Origin: Eledone cirrhosa | Taxonomy: Eukaryota | Reading direction: 5' to 3' | Length of the DNA: 64,000 nt | Assembly: GCA_964016885.1 (NCBI GenBank) | Contig: OZ024743.1 | Span: forward strand, 358,608,001-358,672,000 | Part shown: one piece after another, positions 25,691-37,325 of the stretch | Position numbering within the stretch: the stretch's first letter is position 1 | Layout of the letters: every line of letters starts with the position of its first letter | The notes under the pieces: generated by a model | Database searches by the model: none | Told to the model about the DNA's origin: nothing | What the model saw: only the letters and a program-made list of their open reading frames with translations | Translations under genes and position numbers: made by a program

Positions 25691-26010
25691 TGCATTCTCC
25701 ATGAATTGTGTGATGTTATGTATCAGGATGATGTGTATGTGTGTTTGCATGCAATAGTATTATTAAAAATGTATTTACCAAACTCCTGTTGATGGAACTG
25801 CTGGAATTAATTCTGGGGGAGCGAGCTATTTATGAGTAATCCTTCTTTTGTCTCCAGGACTCAAAAATAAGCAGATGGGCATTTGATATGTCAAAATCTC
25901 AAACAGCCCATTCAGGATGGAATCTTATCTATAAGGCTACAAAGGTCAGCTTCTTGGTGGCTGTTGGATAGGTGAGAGAAACTCTTTTGAGGAGAGTATC
26001 AAATTACTGA

Positions 26011-26046
<36 letters not shown>

Positions 26047-26049
<3 letters not shown>

Positions 26050-26286
26050 TCATCATCATCATTTTTACGTCCACTTCTTTTCCCTGCTTGCAAGGGTGGG
26101 ACGGGAACTGATACTGGCTTGATTTCTACAGATGGATGCCCTTCCTAACACCAACCTCATTTACAGTGAGTGCTGGGTGCTTTTTTGCCGTGGCACCTCC
26201 ACTACCACTTTGCAGTGGAATGATAGGGACCTCAGTCCCTATCATAATGTGAAATAAAGTCTCTTGCTCAAGGAAACAACACATCA
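26047..26286 (-). mobile_element. truncated copy of the mosaic-tailed CORE SINE
   Basis: Matches 58382-58652 with an internal deletion. Confidence 0.8.
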
Positions 26287-26411
26287 TATATATATATATA
26301 TATATCATCATCATCATCATCATTGTTTAATGTCCATCTTCCACACTAGCATGGATTAGACGGTTTTGTTCCATTTGATGCGGGAATGGTTGGGAGACTG
26401 TGTCTCGTTCA

Positions 26412-27382
26412 TACGGAAGTGTCTATATATATATATATGTATATAACATTAAAAACATGTCTAAAGACTGATAATTACATTACATTTTAATTAACGAGCC
26501 CTCATTTCTTCCATCTCATAAGATATATAATTAATTATTAGTTAATTAATTATATGAGCAAATGATTGGATACATCAGAATTAATAAAAAATCCAAGAAA
26601 CATTTTTACCTCTTTGATTCCTTTTGAATGTGAGTTTACAGTACTGGTAAACTTTTATTAATTTGTGTTTCCTCTTTGTTCTGTTTTACACAAAACAAGA
26701 TGGTGTGAAACTCAAGAGGTGGATGTGTTTTTATTGGCACAATGACCCTCATTAAGTATATATACATATATATAATGGCCGAAGCTGAAGCATATAGACA
26801 GTATGACCCCCCCCCCCCCACCCCTGTAAAGTGGTCATGTAGGTGTCACGACAAAAAGCACCCAGTCCACACTGTGAAGTGGTTGTGTAGGTGCCATGAT
26901 AAAAAGCACCCAGTACTCACTGTAAATGAAGTTGGTGTTAGGAAGGGCTTCTAGCTGTAGAAATCAAGCCAAAATCAATTCTGTATGAGCATGACATGGT
27001 CACCTGACTTGGCATTACCCACAACAGGACAACTCATCTTACCCATGCTAACATGGAAAAATGGATGTAAAACGGTGATGATGATGATATATTTATATAT
27101 CAAAAGTGGAAATATACATCAAATCTCAAAGAAGAGTAGAGGCAGACTTATAGGTTGTAATTGCCAGCCACAGACCAAGGCAATTGCTCAATGTTTAAAG
27201 CATGCAAAACAAGCGTTGTTAATTTTCTTCAAATACTTTTGAATATATATTTAACGAATGGTTTAAAAATGAAAGTTAGAATGGAGATATGTGGTTATTA
27301 GAAATGATTATAATTGTTTCTACTTTAGGCACAAGGCCAGCAATTACCCAGTGCATTACTGGTACTTTATTTTATCACGGAA

Positions 27383-27456
<74 letters not shown>

Positions 27457-27613
27457 GTATATAACATTAAAAACATGTCCAAAGACTGATAATTACATTA
27501 CATTTTAATTAACGAGCCCTCATTTCTTCCATCTCATAAGATATATAATTAATTATTAGTTAATTAATTATATGAGCAAATGATTGGATACATCAGAATT
27601 AATAAAAAATCCA
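26412..27613 (+). repeat. dispersed local duplication (26412-26593 and 27377-27613)
   Basis: ACGGAAGTGTC(TA)n ... GAATTAATAAAAAATCCA almost identical apart from (TA)n length. Confidence 0.9.
26783..27087 (+). mobile_element. RTE family A 3' UTR-only insertion
   Basis: Colinear with 37013-37325: poly-C, tandem AAAAAGCACCCAG units, terminal stem-loop, (GAT)n. Confidence 0.85.
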
Positions 27614-28839
27614 CAATAAGGAGCCATCACTTAATCACCTTCTCTTTCCCCTGTCATAAAACTCATCAGAAAAGAACCAAAGTATTCCAGCTTCTTGATG
27701 TTTTATCTTATTCAGTAAGTGCTTTGCAGGGACAAAATGATTTTCTTTTGTCACATCTGACATAAACTGGCTTTTCCACATTACATAAGACAATACTTCT
27801 GATGGCGCATTCTGAAACCTTAAGGGTCTTTGTGGTGGCTCTGATTGACTTTCCTGGGGTTTTATCGATTAATGTTTGAACTTATATGCACTTTTACATA
27901 GTCTCAGTTACTTCTATTCTCTTCATATACAAATATAAGTTGATCAGATACTTTGGCTGTTTAGCACACAAATTAACACACACACATACACATGCACCCC
28001 CCCCCCCCCACACACACATATTGTTAGCTTTGATTAAATCATAAATCAGTAATTTTCATTATTTAGATTCTAATTAGCAAGAGATATCCTGTCAATATTT
28101 ATAGTTTAAGGGTATATTTATAGATTCCATTCAGCTTATCTTGCTTTATAGAAGTCGTGTTAATTAATCAAGACAAGCTGGAGGGCTTATTTTGTAGTAT
28201 TATCAAGCCTATTACCTGTGGTATTTACATTGAAACCAAACTAGGTGAGAGTATTGTAAATCTGTTTACATCACACGTGAAAAGATATATGTTGAATTAT
28301 TGTTGATGATCACTTCAGCTCTGGATTTTCCTTGTTGAATGTTCAATTGAGTCATGCACTGGTATTCTCTTGTCAAATGTAATTTCTGGTAGCTGTCTGG
28401 AGCATACAATTTTTACAGATGTGATTTGCTATTGCCTTGATAACCAAGTGGTTAGGAAGTTTGCTTCAAATCATAAGGTCCCAAGTTCAATCTTACTGTG
28501 TGGCATCTTGGACAAGAGTAATTTACCACAGCATTTGGTCAACTCAAACATTTTGAGTAAAATTGGGTAGATGTAAACTGTTTGGAAGCCTGCAGATAGA
28601 CTGTACATGTAATTCAAACGGCTAGCCATGTTACACAGTGTGTCACATTGAATCTCCCTGAGAATTGCGTTTAGGGTTTATGAGTCTGTATACTTACACG
28701 GTAATTTGACGAGCAGGTCAAACCATTCATCGAACAACTTACACACCCATTGTTGAAATAGACAGACGTCCTTTCCATTCCAAAATAGATTCATACCAAA
28801 CTGTAATTAATTATTAAATGAAGCTAAGCCAGCAATGTC

Positions 28840-29185
28840 CTCCTCCTTCTCCCACTCTTATGTCTCATTATCATCATCCTCACCACCATCTTCATCATCA
28901 CCACCACTAGCACCACCGGCACTGTTGCTGTTGTCATTGTCATCAAGATCTCTAACATCATCACAAGCATCATTTTCGCCATCATCATCGTCTCCAACAT
29001 TACCATTAGTGTCATTATCACTATTACCATCATCATTATCCACACCATCATCTTCAGCATCATTTTCTTCAGCATCATATTTATTTACCTCATTGTTTCT
29101 ATTCTCATCCTAATCATCAAAGTTGTCATCATCAAGACCTTCACCATCATCATTCTTTTTATGATTTATCATCATTATTATCATC
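28840..29185. repeat. degenerate (CAT)n low-complexity tract
   Basis: Trinucleotide periodicity; source of spurious Ser/Asp/Met-rich ORFs. Confidence 0.85.
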
Positions 29186-29186
29186 G

Positions 29187-29782
29187 TCTGAGTTGAAATC
29201 CCGTCGAGGTTAACTTTACCTTTCATCCTTACGAGGTCGATAAAATAAAGTACCAGTAATGTACTGGGTAATTGCTGGCCTTGTGCCTAAAGTAGAAACA
29301 ATTATTATCATCGGCGGTGGATTGGCAGTATCGGTAGAGGGTTGGACGCCATGCTTTCCAGCATAGTTATGTCCCTTTACGATCTGAGTTCAAATCCCGC
29401 CGAGGTTGACTTTGCCTTTCATCCTTACGGGGTCGATAAAATAAAGTACCAGTAATGCACTGGGGTAATTGCTGGCCTTGTGCCTAAAGTAGAAACAATT
29501 ATTATCATCAGCAGTAGGGTGGTGTATTGGCAGTATCGGTAGAGCATCGGACAACATGCTTCACGACATAGAGTTACGCCCCTTTACGTTCAAGTCTTGC
29601 CGAGTTTAGCTTTGCCTTTCATCGATAAAATAAAGTACCAGTAATGCACTGGGATAATTGCTGACCTTGTGCCAAAAGTAGAAACAATTATTATCATCAG
29701 CTCTACCATCAAGGGCAGTGGATTGGCAGTATTGGTAGAGCATCTGACACCATGCTTTGCAGCATAGAGTTATGGCCCTTTA
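29187..29782 (+). mobile_element. head-to-tail array of four SINE copies
   Basis: Units at about 29187-29308, 29312-29504, 29515-29697, 29712-29782 separated by ATTATCATC. Confidence 0.9.
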
Positions 29783-30311
29783 TAAGAATAAAAGCAATAG
29801 ATTAATGAAAAAATAAAAAAAATGCATGTGGTATGGTTTTATTTAATTAGTTTCTGTTGGTTAAAAAATGGTAATAGAGTATAAAATGAATTTAGTTATA
29901 GATGTCATTTTACATATTTGCACAGGTTGGATAAAACTCAAAGGTTATACTGGTTTCATGAGCATTAAGCAACTGAGGGTATAAGGACATAACACATCAC
30001 CTGGACAGGAAATCGAACTCATATCCTCATGACTGTGACCCAACATCCTAAATAATAGGCTATGTTCCTTCACACTATTATATAATTAGATTAAAATCAT
30101 CATTGGCATTACCCAGTGTTGAGAATTTGACCTTATTGAATTGATTTATGTATTTTTAGATGGACGTATAAGCCTATTTTTGATCTAATAGAACCCTGTT
30201 GATCTGGAGTGTCAAATGAATAAAGAAGGAAATACTTGTGACAGCTGAAATTGAATTTTTTTAGGAATAGATTGGTTTAGTTATTAAAGAAGTGATATGA
30301 AATCTAGAAAA

Positions 30312-30468
30312 TCTATATATAATATAAAAGAAAGTTGTTTATTGGTTGGTTGAATCACATGAAACTACACACACACACACACACACACACCTAAAGAGAC
30401 ACAGGAGAGGCAGAAAGAGAGAGATAGGCCGTTATACAGAGAGAGATACAATTAAAGTGTTAGATATT

Positions 30469-30508
<40 letters not shown>

Positions 30509-30955
30509 CGTCCCAAAAAGTATCAGTTGAAGGTTTAACAAATTTTGTGTTAGTTTTTATAAAATCGTTTTACAGTCTTTGATTTTACAGAACAAAGAAA
30601 ATAGATACTATTTGAAATTAATCTACCCTCCATCTTTTATCTATATACTATTTACAGACCGTACTAACGAAGCAATGTTATGCGGTATATTGCTGTGTTT
30701 CTGATGAAAAAGATCATACTGACTATGGTTATTTCACAACATTTAAAATCCAAGGCCAATGCTACCATTTAATCAGCAGTTTACTCTTCCGGCCTAATAA
30801 GGAAGTTTTATGATTGTTTTTTTTTTATGTCTCTCTCTCACACACACACATTATGGTCTCACCGCATACCAGACAACACATCCAATACAGTCGTTTTTTC
30901 TTTTATCCGTCTTCTCTTAACTGTTCTCCTGGGTGAAGCCGGGTACCTCAGCTAA
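30312..30955 (+). mobile_element. non-autonomous Helitron
   Basis: A|TCTATATATAATATAAAAG start; subterminal hairpin CCTGGGTGAAGCCGGG; CTAA|T end (CTRR); internal (CA)n/(GA)n; no TSD. Confidence 0.85.
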
Positions 30956-31324
30956 TATAAGATATATGGCAGATTAATAAGAATTAAGAAAAAATAATTA
31001 GTGTGTTAACAAAGTACTGTTATGAAAGGTAGGAATTTAATAACAGATGTGTCAATACTTATGATGTGATACAAGGATACATTTTATAAGAATAAAAACA
31101 AGATGTTTGTAAAAAAAATTAGTAAAATATATGAAGGGTATGTTTAATGTATTTAGTTAATGTTATTTAATATCATAATAAAATTGAAATCATTTTGGTT
31201 TCAATAAAGATCTGTTAGAATTATTTGTTTTTATCATAGAAATTTGATTTAGTGTCCACAGAATGAAAGTAGGAGTGCTAGGAAATGCTAAGTTCTATAG
31301 GGAATTTTTAAGAAGTTATTTTAA

Positions 31325-31540
31325 CCCTTTAGCATTTACATTACTCTATATTTTCTATTATGTTTTCATGGTAAAGTTTTTAACCTCACATAATTACCTC
31401 ATAATATTGAGTCTATGAGATTTTGATATTATTTATTTTGAGAACAATACCTTAACATCAATATGAGTGGCCAGTTACAGTTCTAACAGAAAAAGGTGAG
31501 AGAATTATGGCTGGATACAGCTGGTTTAAATGCTAAAGGG
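31325..31540. mobile_element. piggyBac-like MITE
   Basis: TTAA|CCCTTTAGCATTTA ... TAAATGCTAAAGGG|TTAA; second copy inverted at 62840-63063; lone end at 61699. Confidence 0.9.
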
Positions 31541-31615
31541 TTAAAGGAAATAAACAACATTAGTTGAGTGCTACAAGGTAAACAAAATTACAGAACCATG
31601 AAAGTAAAATAATAG

Positions 31616-32037
31616 TAGCGAATGGTCTTCAAAATGTTTTAAAATAAACATACAGTATATTATCAAATATGCTATGCGTACATTCATACATACATCGCTA
31701 TTTCAGAGCACTGATACTAATTCCTAATTTTTGCTGGACCGTTAACCGCTCTGTTTAATCAGCTCTTAAACATCACTAGAATTTTATAAGAATCCAGCTT
31801 CTGTAACTCTTGGCAGAAGTGAAGGGATATGTAATATTGACAACTGCTAATGAACAAGAAACGGCTGTCGATTGCTTCCCTTTGCTTTTGCCGAGACCAA
31901 GTAAGTGACGTAGTCACTACTTTAAAACTCATAGCGAATGGTCTTCAAAATGTTTTAAAATAAAGATACAGTAAATTATCAAATATACTATATGTACATT
32001 CATATATACATAACTATTTCAGAGCACCAATACTAAT
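31616..32037 (+). repeat. about 105-bp spaced direct repeat (31616-31721, 31932-32037)
   Basis: TAGCGAATGGTCTTCAAAATG ... TATTTCAGAGCAC..ATACTAAT twice. Confidence 0.85.
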
Positions 32038-32507
32038 AATTAGATAAAAATCAAATGGAAACTATTTGGAAGTAGTAAAACTAGGTGGAAGTTTAAAAGC
32101 TGGGACAATGTTCTAACTATAAATTACACCAATAATGAATTGCAGGAATTAAATAAAATTAAATAACATAAATAAAAAAAAAATGATGCAAACCAGCATA
32201 AATAGCCATTAGTAAATTGCAGAAGTGGCTCTAATATGGAAAATGGAAAAAAAGTCAATTTAATTAAAATACGAGGATGAGTTTATGAAGCCATTAAATA
32301 ATTATTTCAAGCTTAGGTGGGAATAAAGATATTTTGCAAGCATTTGACATTAAACAACATTTCCTTATCAGATTTTATTCTTTTTCCATGTTAGTGTGGA
32401 TTAGATACATTTTTTTGAGGTAGTATTTTACACCCATTCCTGCCCTCCTGATGCCAACCCTTACTTATTCTTTTATACCCTAAAATGTAGGGCATAAAAG
32501 AATAAGT

Positions 32508-32650
32508 AAGTGGTTCTCAACCGGGATCCACATGGACTCTGGGGGTCCACAGGCAAAAAATATTCTTTTGTCGAATAGCTATGAGGGGGTCCACCCCCCA
32601 AAAAATAAGGGAAAAGAGGTCCATGAGTAAAAAAAGGTTGAGAACCACTG
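32508..32650. mobile_element. hAT (Charlie-like) MITE
   Basis: AGTGGTTCTCAACC ... GGTTGAGAACCACTG. Confidence 0.8.
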
Positions 32651-33013
32651 CCCTACATAAACAAAAGTGTTTAGCACAACAGTTTGACACATGAAGATAT
32701 GAAAAGAAAGAAGAGGGCCCTATTCTAGCTAAAGGTCATTAATAAGAGTTATATATGACAAGATACCAGGCAAAGGTTGTAAATGTAAGATAGTACAAAT
32801 TAGGAAATAAATGTAGGTCTGTAGGCTTCTAAACTAAGCCAACAAATGTTAAGGGGCCAATAAGAAATAGTTGAAACAAGTAGAGGTGTAGCACTAATAG
32901 ATAATATAAATGTTTTAAGGTAAGCATAGGGGTGAATAAATTAGGTTGACAAAAGATAAATAGTAGGTAAGAAGTATTTAAAAAAAGTACAACGATATGA
33001 CTAATCAGTTATT

Positions 33014-33744
33014 TGAGGTAGCTGAGGTAGCTGAGGTAGCTGAGGTAGCTGAGGTACCCGGCTTCACCCGGGAGAACAGAAAAAAATGACTGTATTGGAT
33101 GTGTTGTCTGGTATGAGGTGAGACCATAATGTGTGTGTGTGAGAGAGAAACATAAAAAAAAACCCCATAAAACTTCCTTATTAGGCCGGAAGAGTAAACT
33201 GCCGATTAAATGGTAGCATTGGCCTTGGATTTTAAATGTTGTGAAATAACCCTAGTCAGTATGATCTTTTTCATCTCCAAAGGACATCATCTGAAACACA
33301 GCAATATACTGCATAACATTGCTTCTGAAGTATTGCTTCGTTAGTACGGTCTGTAAGTAGTATATGGATAAAAGGTGGAGAGTAGATTAATTTCAAATAG
33401 TATCAATTTTTCTTTGTTCTGTAAAATCAAAGACTAAAACGACTTTATAAAAGCTAACGTAATATTGTTAAACCTTCCGATAGATCATGGGATCTATAGT
33501 TTAAGCTGTTTCTAAATTTTCGTGGGACGTCACTCTCTCTCTGAATATCTAATACTTTAATTGTATCTCTCTCTGTATAATGGCCTATCTCTCCCTTTCT
33601 GCCTCTCCCCCTGTGTCTCTCTCTCTTTAGATGTGTGTGTATGTATTTGTGAGTATGTATTTGTGTGTGTGTATGTGTTTCTGTGTGTGTGTAGTTTTCG
33701 TCTGATGCAACCAACCAATAAACATCTTTCTTTTATATTATATA
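33014..33744 (-). mobile_element. non-autonomous Helitron, second copy (first 4 nt displaced to 37326-37329 by the RTE)
   Basis: Reverse complement of the 30312-30955 family; hairpin CCCGGGTGAAGCCGGG; terminal 9-mer repeated five times. Confidence 0.85.
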
Positions 33745-36700
33745 ACTACCTGCCTAACTAACTCTCTCCTCCTCTGGCGCATCCCAACACACCCTGCCAT
33801 TACCCCACCACCACTGTCCTTCTAGCCCTCAATTTTCCCACCGTTATGGATGGATGAGCTGGGAATACACGAGCAACTCTGAATCAATAGATGAAATATG
33901 AATCTGCGAGCTACCAAGCACCCACGTGAAGCGCCAACCCAGAGACCCTCCCCTACGAGTGTCGACAAATGCCCAAAACTCCGAGTTGGTACCATCAATG
34001 TAGGCTCAATGAAAGGAAGAGCAGGAGAAATCGTAGAAATGCTAGAGCGAAAGGAAGTTGATGTATGCTGTGTGCAAGAGACTAGATGGAGAGGAGGGTC
34101 TGCTAGAGTCCTTGTAGGAAAAAGCCAGTGCTACAAATTTTTCTGGGTGGGAAATGACGATGGGATGGGTGGTGTAGGTATACTATTAGCTGACAAGTGG
34201 GTAGATAAAGTAATCTCAGTGTACAGGGTAAATGCAAGAATCATTAAACTCAGACTAGTCCTGAATAAGACAATTACCACAATAATATCAGCTTACGCAC
34301 CCCAATCGGGGCTGCCAGACGAACTTAAGGATAGGTTTTACGAGTCCCTAATACACACTACTGCTCTAACAGACGACAAGGACTTCCTAATCATTGCAGG
34401 AGATTTTAACGGACACGTAGGTAAACACTGCGACGGCTTCAATAGAGTACATCGAGGCCATGGAGTTGGCACAAGGAATGAGGAAGGATTCAGACTTCTA
34501 GAATTCTGCGACGCCAATGACATGTCGATATGTAACACAAACTTTAAAAAACCCGACAACCACCTGATCACCTATAGATCAGGGGAGCACTCTAGTCAGT
34601 TAGATTTTATCCTCATCAGAGGACGTGACAGATGGACGGTCGTAAACACAAAAGCCTTCCCTAGTGAGGAATGTACATCCCAACATAGCTTAGTTGTCAG
34701 CGACCTCACGGTCAGAACTAGACGAGCCCTGAAACAGAGGCCAACCTGGAGAAGAAAGATCTGGAAGCTGAAAGTCCCCTCAACCAGTAACAGATTTAAA
34801 GATATTTTACTCAACGCCTACGACAGTAAAGAAGAACAGATAGAGACATTTAACGTAGAAGAGAACTGGGAGTTCCTAAAAAATAACTTACTAGAGGCGA
34901 CGGATGAGGTTTGTGGCTGGAGTAAGACCTCAAGCAGGAGGAGAGTGACTTGGTGGTGGAACAATAAGGTAGATGAAGCAGTCAAGGCCAAGAGACAGGC
35001 ATGGAAAGAATGGAAGAACGGGGGGAGCAGGGTACATTACATAGAGACCAAGAGGGAAGCTAGGCGACAAGTATACTTAGCTAGGAGGGAAGCAGAGGAT
35101 AGAAAATTCAAGCATGTTTTACAACGTGAGGACCAGAAACAGGAGGTATTCAAGATTGCGAGGCAGTGTGTCAGAGATAGTTGTGATGTCATTGGAGAGA
35201 AGTGTATCCGGAATGATAAAGGTGAGCTTGCCCTCACAAGTGCTGAGAAGAAAGATGCATGGAAGAGTCATTATGATAGATTACTAAATGAGGAGAATGC
35301 ATGGGAAGAAGAGACCCTACCCCACGTAGACCCTATAGAGGGACCAGCAGTACAAGTCAGCGGCAGCGTAGTAAGTAAGGCAATCAGAGATATGAAGATA
35401 GGGAAGGCAACCGGTCCATCGGGTATAGCTGCCGAGATGCTGAAGGCATCTGGGTCTGTAGGTCACACTATAACCACACGTATCGTTAACCAGGTAATAC
35501 TAGAGGGGGCCATACCAAAAGATTGGTGCAGTAGCATCATTGTCAACTGCTACAAAGGTAAAGGCGATGCACTAGATAGAGGAAACTATAGAGGTATAAA
35601 GTTGATGGACCAGGTCATGAAAGTAACAGAAAGAGTTATAGCACAGCTGATTAGGGACCGGGTGAATATAGACGAGATGCAATTTGGGTTTGTACCAGGG
35701 AAAGGCACCACTGATGCGCTCTTCCTTGTGAGGCAATTACAGGAAAAGTACCTAGCTAAAAGTAAGCCACTCTACTTGGCATTTGTCGACCTTGAGAAAG
35801 CCTTTGACAGAGTTCCACGTGCAGTAATCTGGTGGGCTCTTAGAAAACTAGGAGTAGATGAATGGCTTGTGAAAGCGGTACAAGCCATGTATAGGGGAGC
35901 AGTCAGCAAAGTTAGGATTGGCAATGAGTATAGCGAGGAATTTAGCGTACAGGTTGGGGTCCACCAGGGCTCTGTTCTTAGCCCTCTCCTGTTTATCATA
36001 GTCCTGCAGGCAATAACGGAGGAGTTTAAGACCGGATGCCCATGGGAACTCCTGTATGCTGATGACCTCGCACTCATAGCTGAATCTATGGTAGAACTAG
36101 AGAATAAATTCCAAACCTGGAAGCAGGGACTAGAGAGAAAGGGCCTCAAAGTCAACATGACAAAGACTAAGGTCCTTATAAGTAGACGAGAAAACAGAAC
36201 CCAGATCCCCTCAGGGAAATGGCCTTGCTCAGTATGTAGGAAAGGTGTAGGTAGGAACTCCATTCTTTGCCCCAAATGCAAACAATGGGTACACAAGAGA
36301 TGTAGCGGGATCTCAGGAAGCTTAATTAAGAATGTAGGATTCACATGCAGCAGCTGTGCTGAAACAGCAAGCAAACAGCCACAGGAAACAAGTACCACCA
36401 ATCTCTGGGAGGGCCCTGTAGAAACAGTAGACAGCTTCTGCTACCTAGGTGACCGAATTAGCAACGGAGGTGGGTGCTCAGAAAGTACAATAACTAGGGT
36501 AAGAACGGGATGGAAGAAGTTTAGGGAACTACTACCACTGCTAGCTGCAAAAGGCTTCTCCCTCAGAATGAAAGGCAGACTGTATGATGCGTGTATCCGA
36601 ACAGCGATGTTGCATGGTAGTGAGACCTGGGCGCTGAAGGTGGAAGACTTACGTAGATTAGAGAGAAACGAAGCCTGCATGCTCCGATGGATGTGTAACA

Positions 36701-37325
36701 GTAATATACGTGAACGACAAAGCATAAATGAATTGAGAGAGAGACTGAGCATAAGAGGAATCAAATGCTGCGTGCAGGAGAGGCGGTTACGCTGGTATGG
36801 ACATGTGATGCGTATGAAGGATGACAGCTGCATAAAAAGGTGCAGAGCACTAGAAGTTGATGGAAACCGCGGAGTGGGGAGACCCAAGATGACTTGGGAT
36901 GAGGTGATAAAAGCCGACCTTACCCAACTACACCTCTCAAAGTCAATGACACACGACCGTGACTTCTGGCGTCACGCAGTAATACAGGGTACCCGACCTC
37001 CCATGGGTACATGCTGAAGCATATAAACAATATGCCCCCCCCCCCCCCCCCCACCGCAAGGTGGTCGTGGAGGTGCCACGGCAAAAAAGCACCCAGCCCA
37101 CACTGTAAAGTGGACGTGTAGGCGCCACGAAAAAGCACCCAGCACTCACTGTAAATGAGGTTGGTGTTAGGAAGGGCATCCAGCTGTAGAAATCAAGCCA
37201 GATCAGTTCCTGTATGAGCAAGGCATGGTCAGCCGACCAGACACTGCCCACAACAGGACAACCCGTCTAACCCATGCTAGCGTGGAAGAACGGACGTAAA
37301 ACGGTGATGATGATGATGATGATGA
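33745..37325 (+). mobile_element. RTE LINE family A, apparently near full length
   Basis: About 150-nt leader, single intact ORF, about 300-nt 3' UTR, (GAT)n tail. Confidence 0.95.
33898..37017 (+). CDS. RTE ORF: AP endonuclease + reverse transcriptase with internal PHD-like finger, 1039 aa
   Basis: APE motifs GTINV, CVQET, AYAPQ, GDFNGHVG, LDFIL, SQH; RT motifs NYRGIKL, QFGF, AFVDLEKAFD, GVHQGSVLSP, YADD, FCYLG; no stops. Confidence 0.95.
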   Translation: MNLRATKHPREAPTQRPSPTSVDKCPKLRVGTINVGSMKGRAGEIVEMLERKEVDVCCVQETRWRGGSARVLVGKSQCYKFFWVGNDDGMGGVGILLADKWVDKVISVYRVNARIIKLRLVLNKTITTIISAYAPQSGLPDELKDRFYESLIHTTALTDDKDFLIIAGDFNGHVGKHCDGFNRVHRGHGVGTRNEEGFRLLEFCDANDMSICNTNFKKPDNHLITYRSGEHSSQLDFILIRGRDRWTVVNTKAFPSEECTSQHSLVVSDLTVRTRRALKQRPTWRRKIWKLKVPSTSNRFKDILLNAYDSKEEQIETFNVEENWEFLKNNLLEATDEVCGWSKTSSRRRVTWWWNNKVDEAVKAKRQAWKEWKNGGSRVHYIETKREARRQVYLARREAEDRKFKHVLQREDQKQEVFKIARQCVRDSCDVIGEKCIRNDKGELALTSAEKKDAWKSHYDRLLNEENAWEEETLPHVDPIEGPAVQVSGSVVSKAIRDMKIGKATGPSGIAAEMLKASGSVGHTITTRIVNQVILEGAIPKDWCSSIIVNCYKGKGDALDRGNYRGIKLMDQVMKVTERVIAQLIRDRVNIDEMQFGFVPGKGTTDALFLVRQLQEKYLAKSKPLYLAFVDLEKAFDRVPRAVIWWALRKLGVDEWLVKAVQAMYRGAVSKVRIGNEYSEEFSVQVGVHQGSVLSPLLFIIVLQAITEEFKTGCPWELLYADDLALIAESMVELENKFQTWKQGLERKGLKVNMTKTKVLISRRENRTQIPSGKWPCSVCRKGVGRNSILCPKCKQWVHKRCSGISGSLIKNVGFTCSSCAETASKQPQETSTTNLWEGPVETVDSFCYLGDRISNGGGCSESTITRVRTGWKKFRELLPLLAAKGFSLRMKGRLYDACIRTAMLHGSETWALKVEDLRRLERNEACMLRWMCNSNIRERQSINELRERLSIRGIKCCVQERRLRWYGHVMRMKDDSCIKRCRALEVDGNRGVGRPKMTWDEVIKADLTQLHLSKSMTHDRDFWRHAVIQGTRPPMGTC

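Noticed and set aside
28824-29113. Met-, Ser- and Asp-rich ORFs
   Set aside because: Three frames of a degenerate (CAT)n tract
29187-29782. CRISPR-like array or tRNA gene cluster
   Set aside because: Units are about 185-bp dispersed SINEs without unique spacers or a full cloverleaf; eukaryotic context
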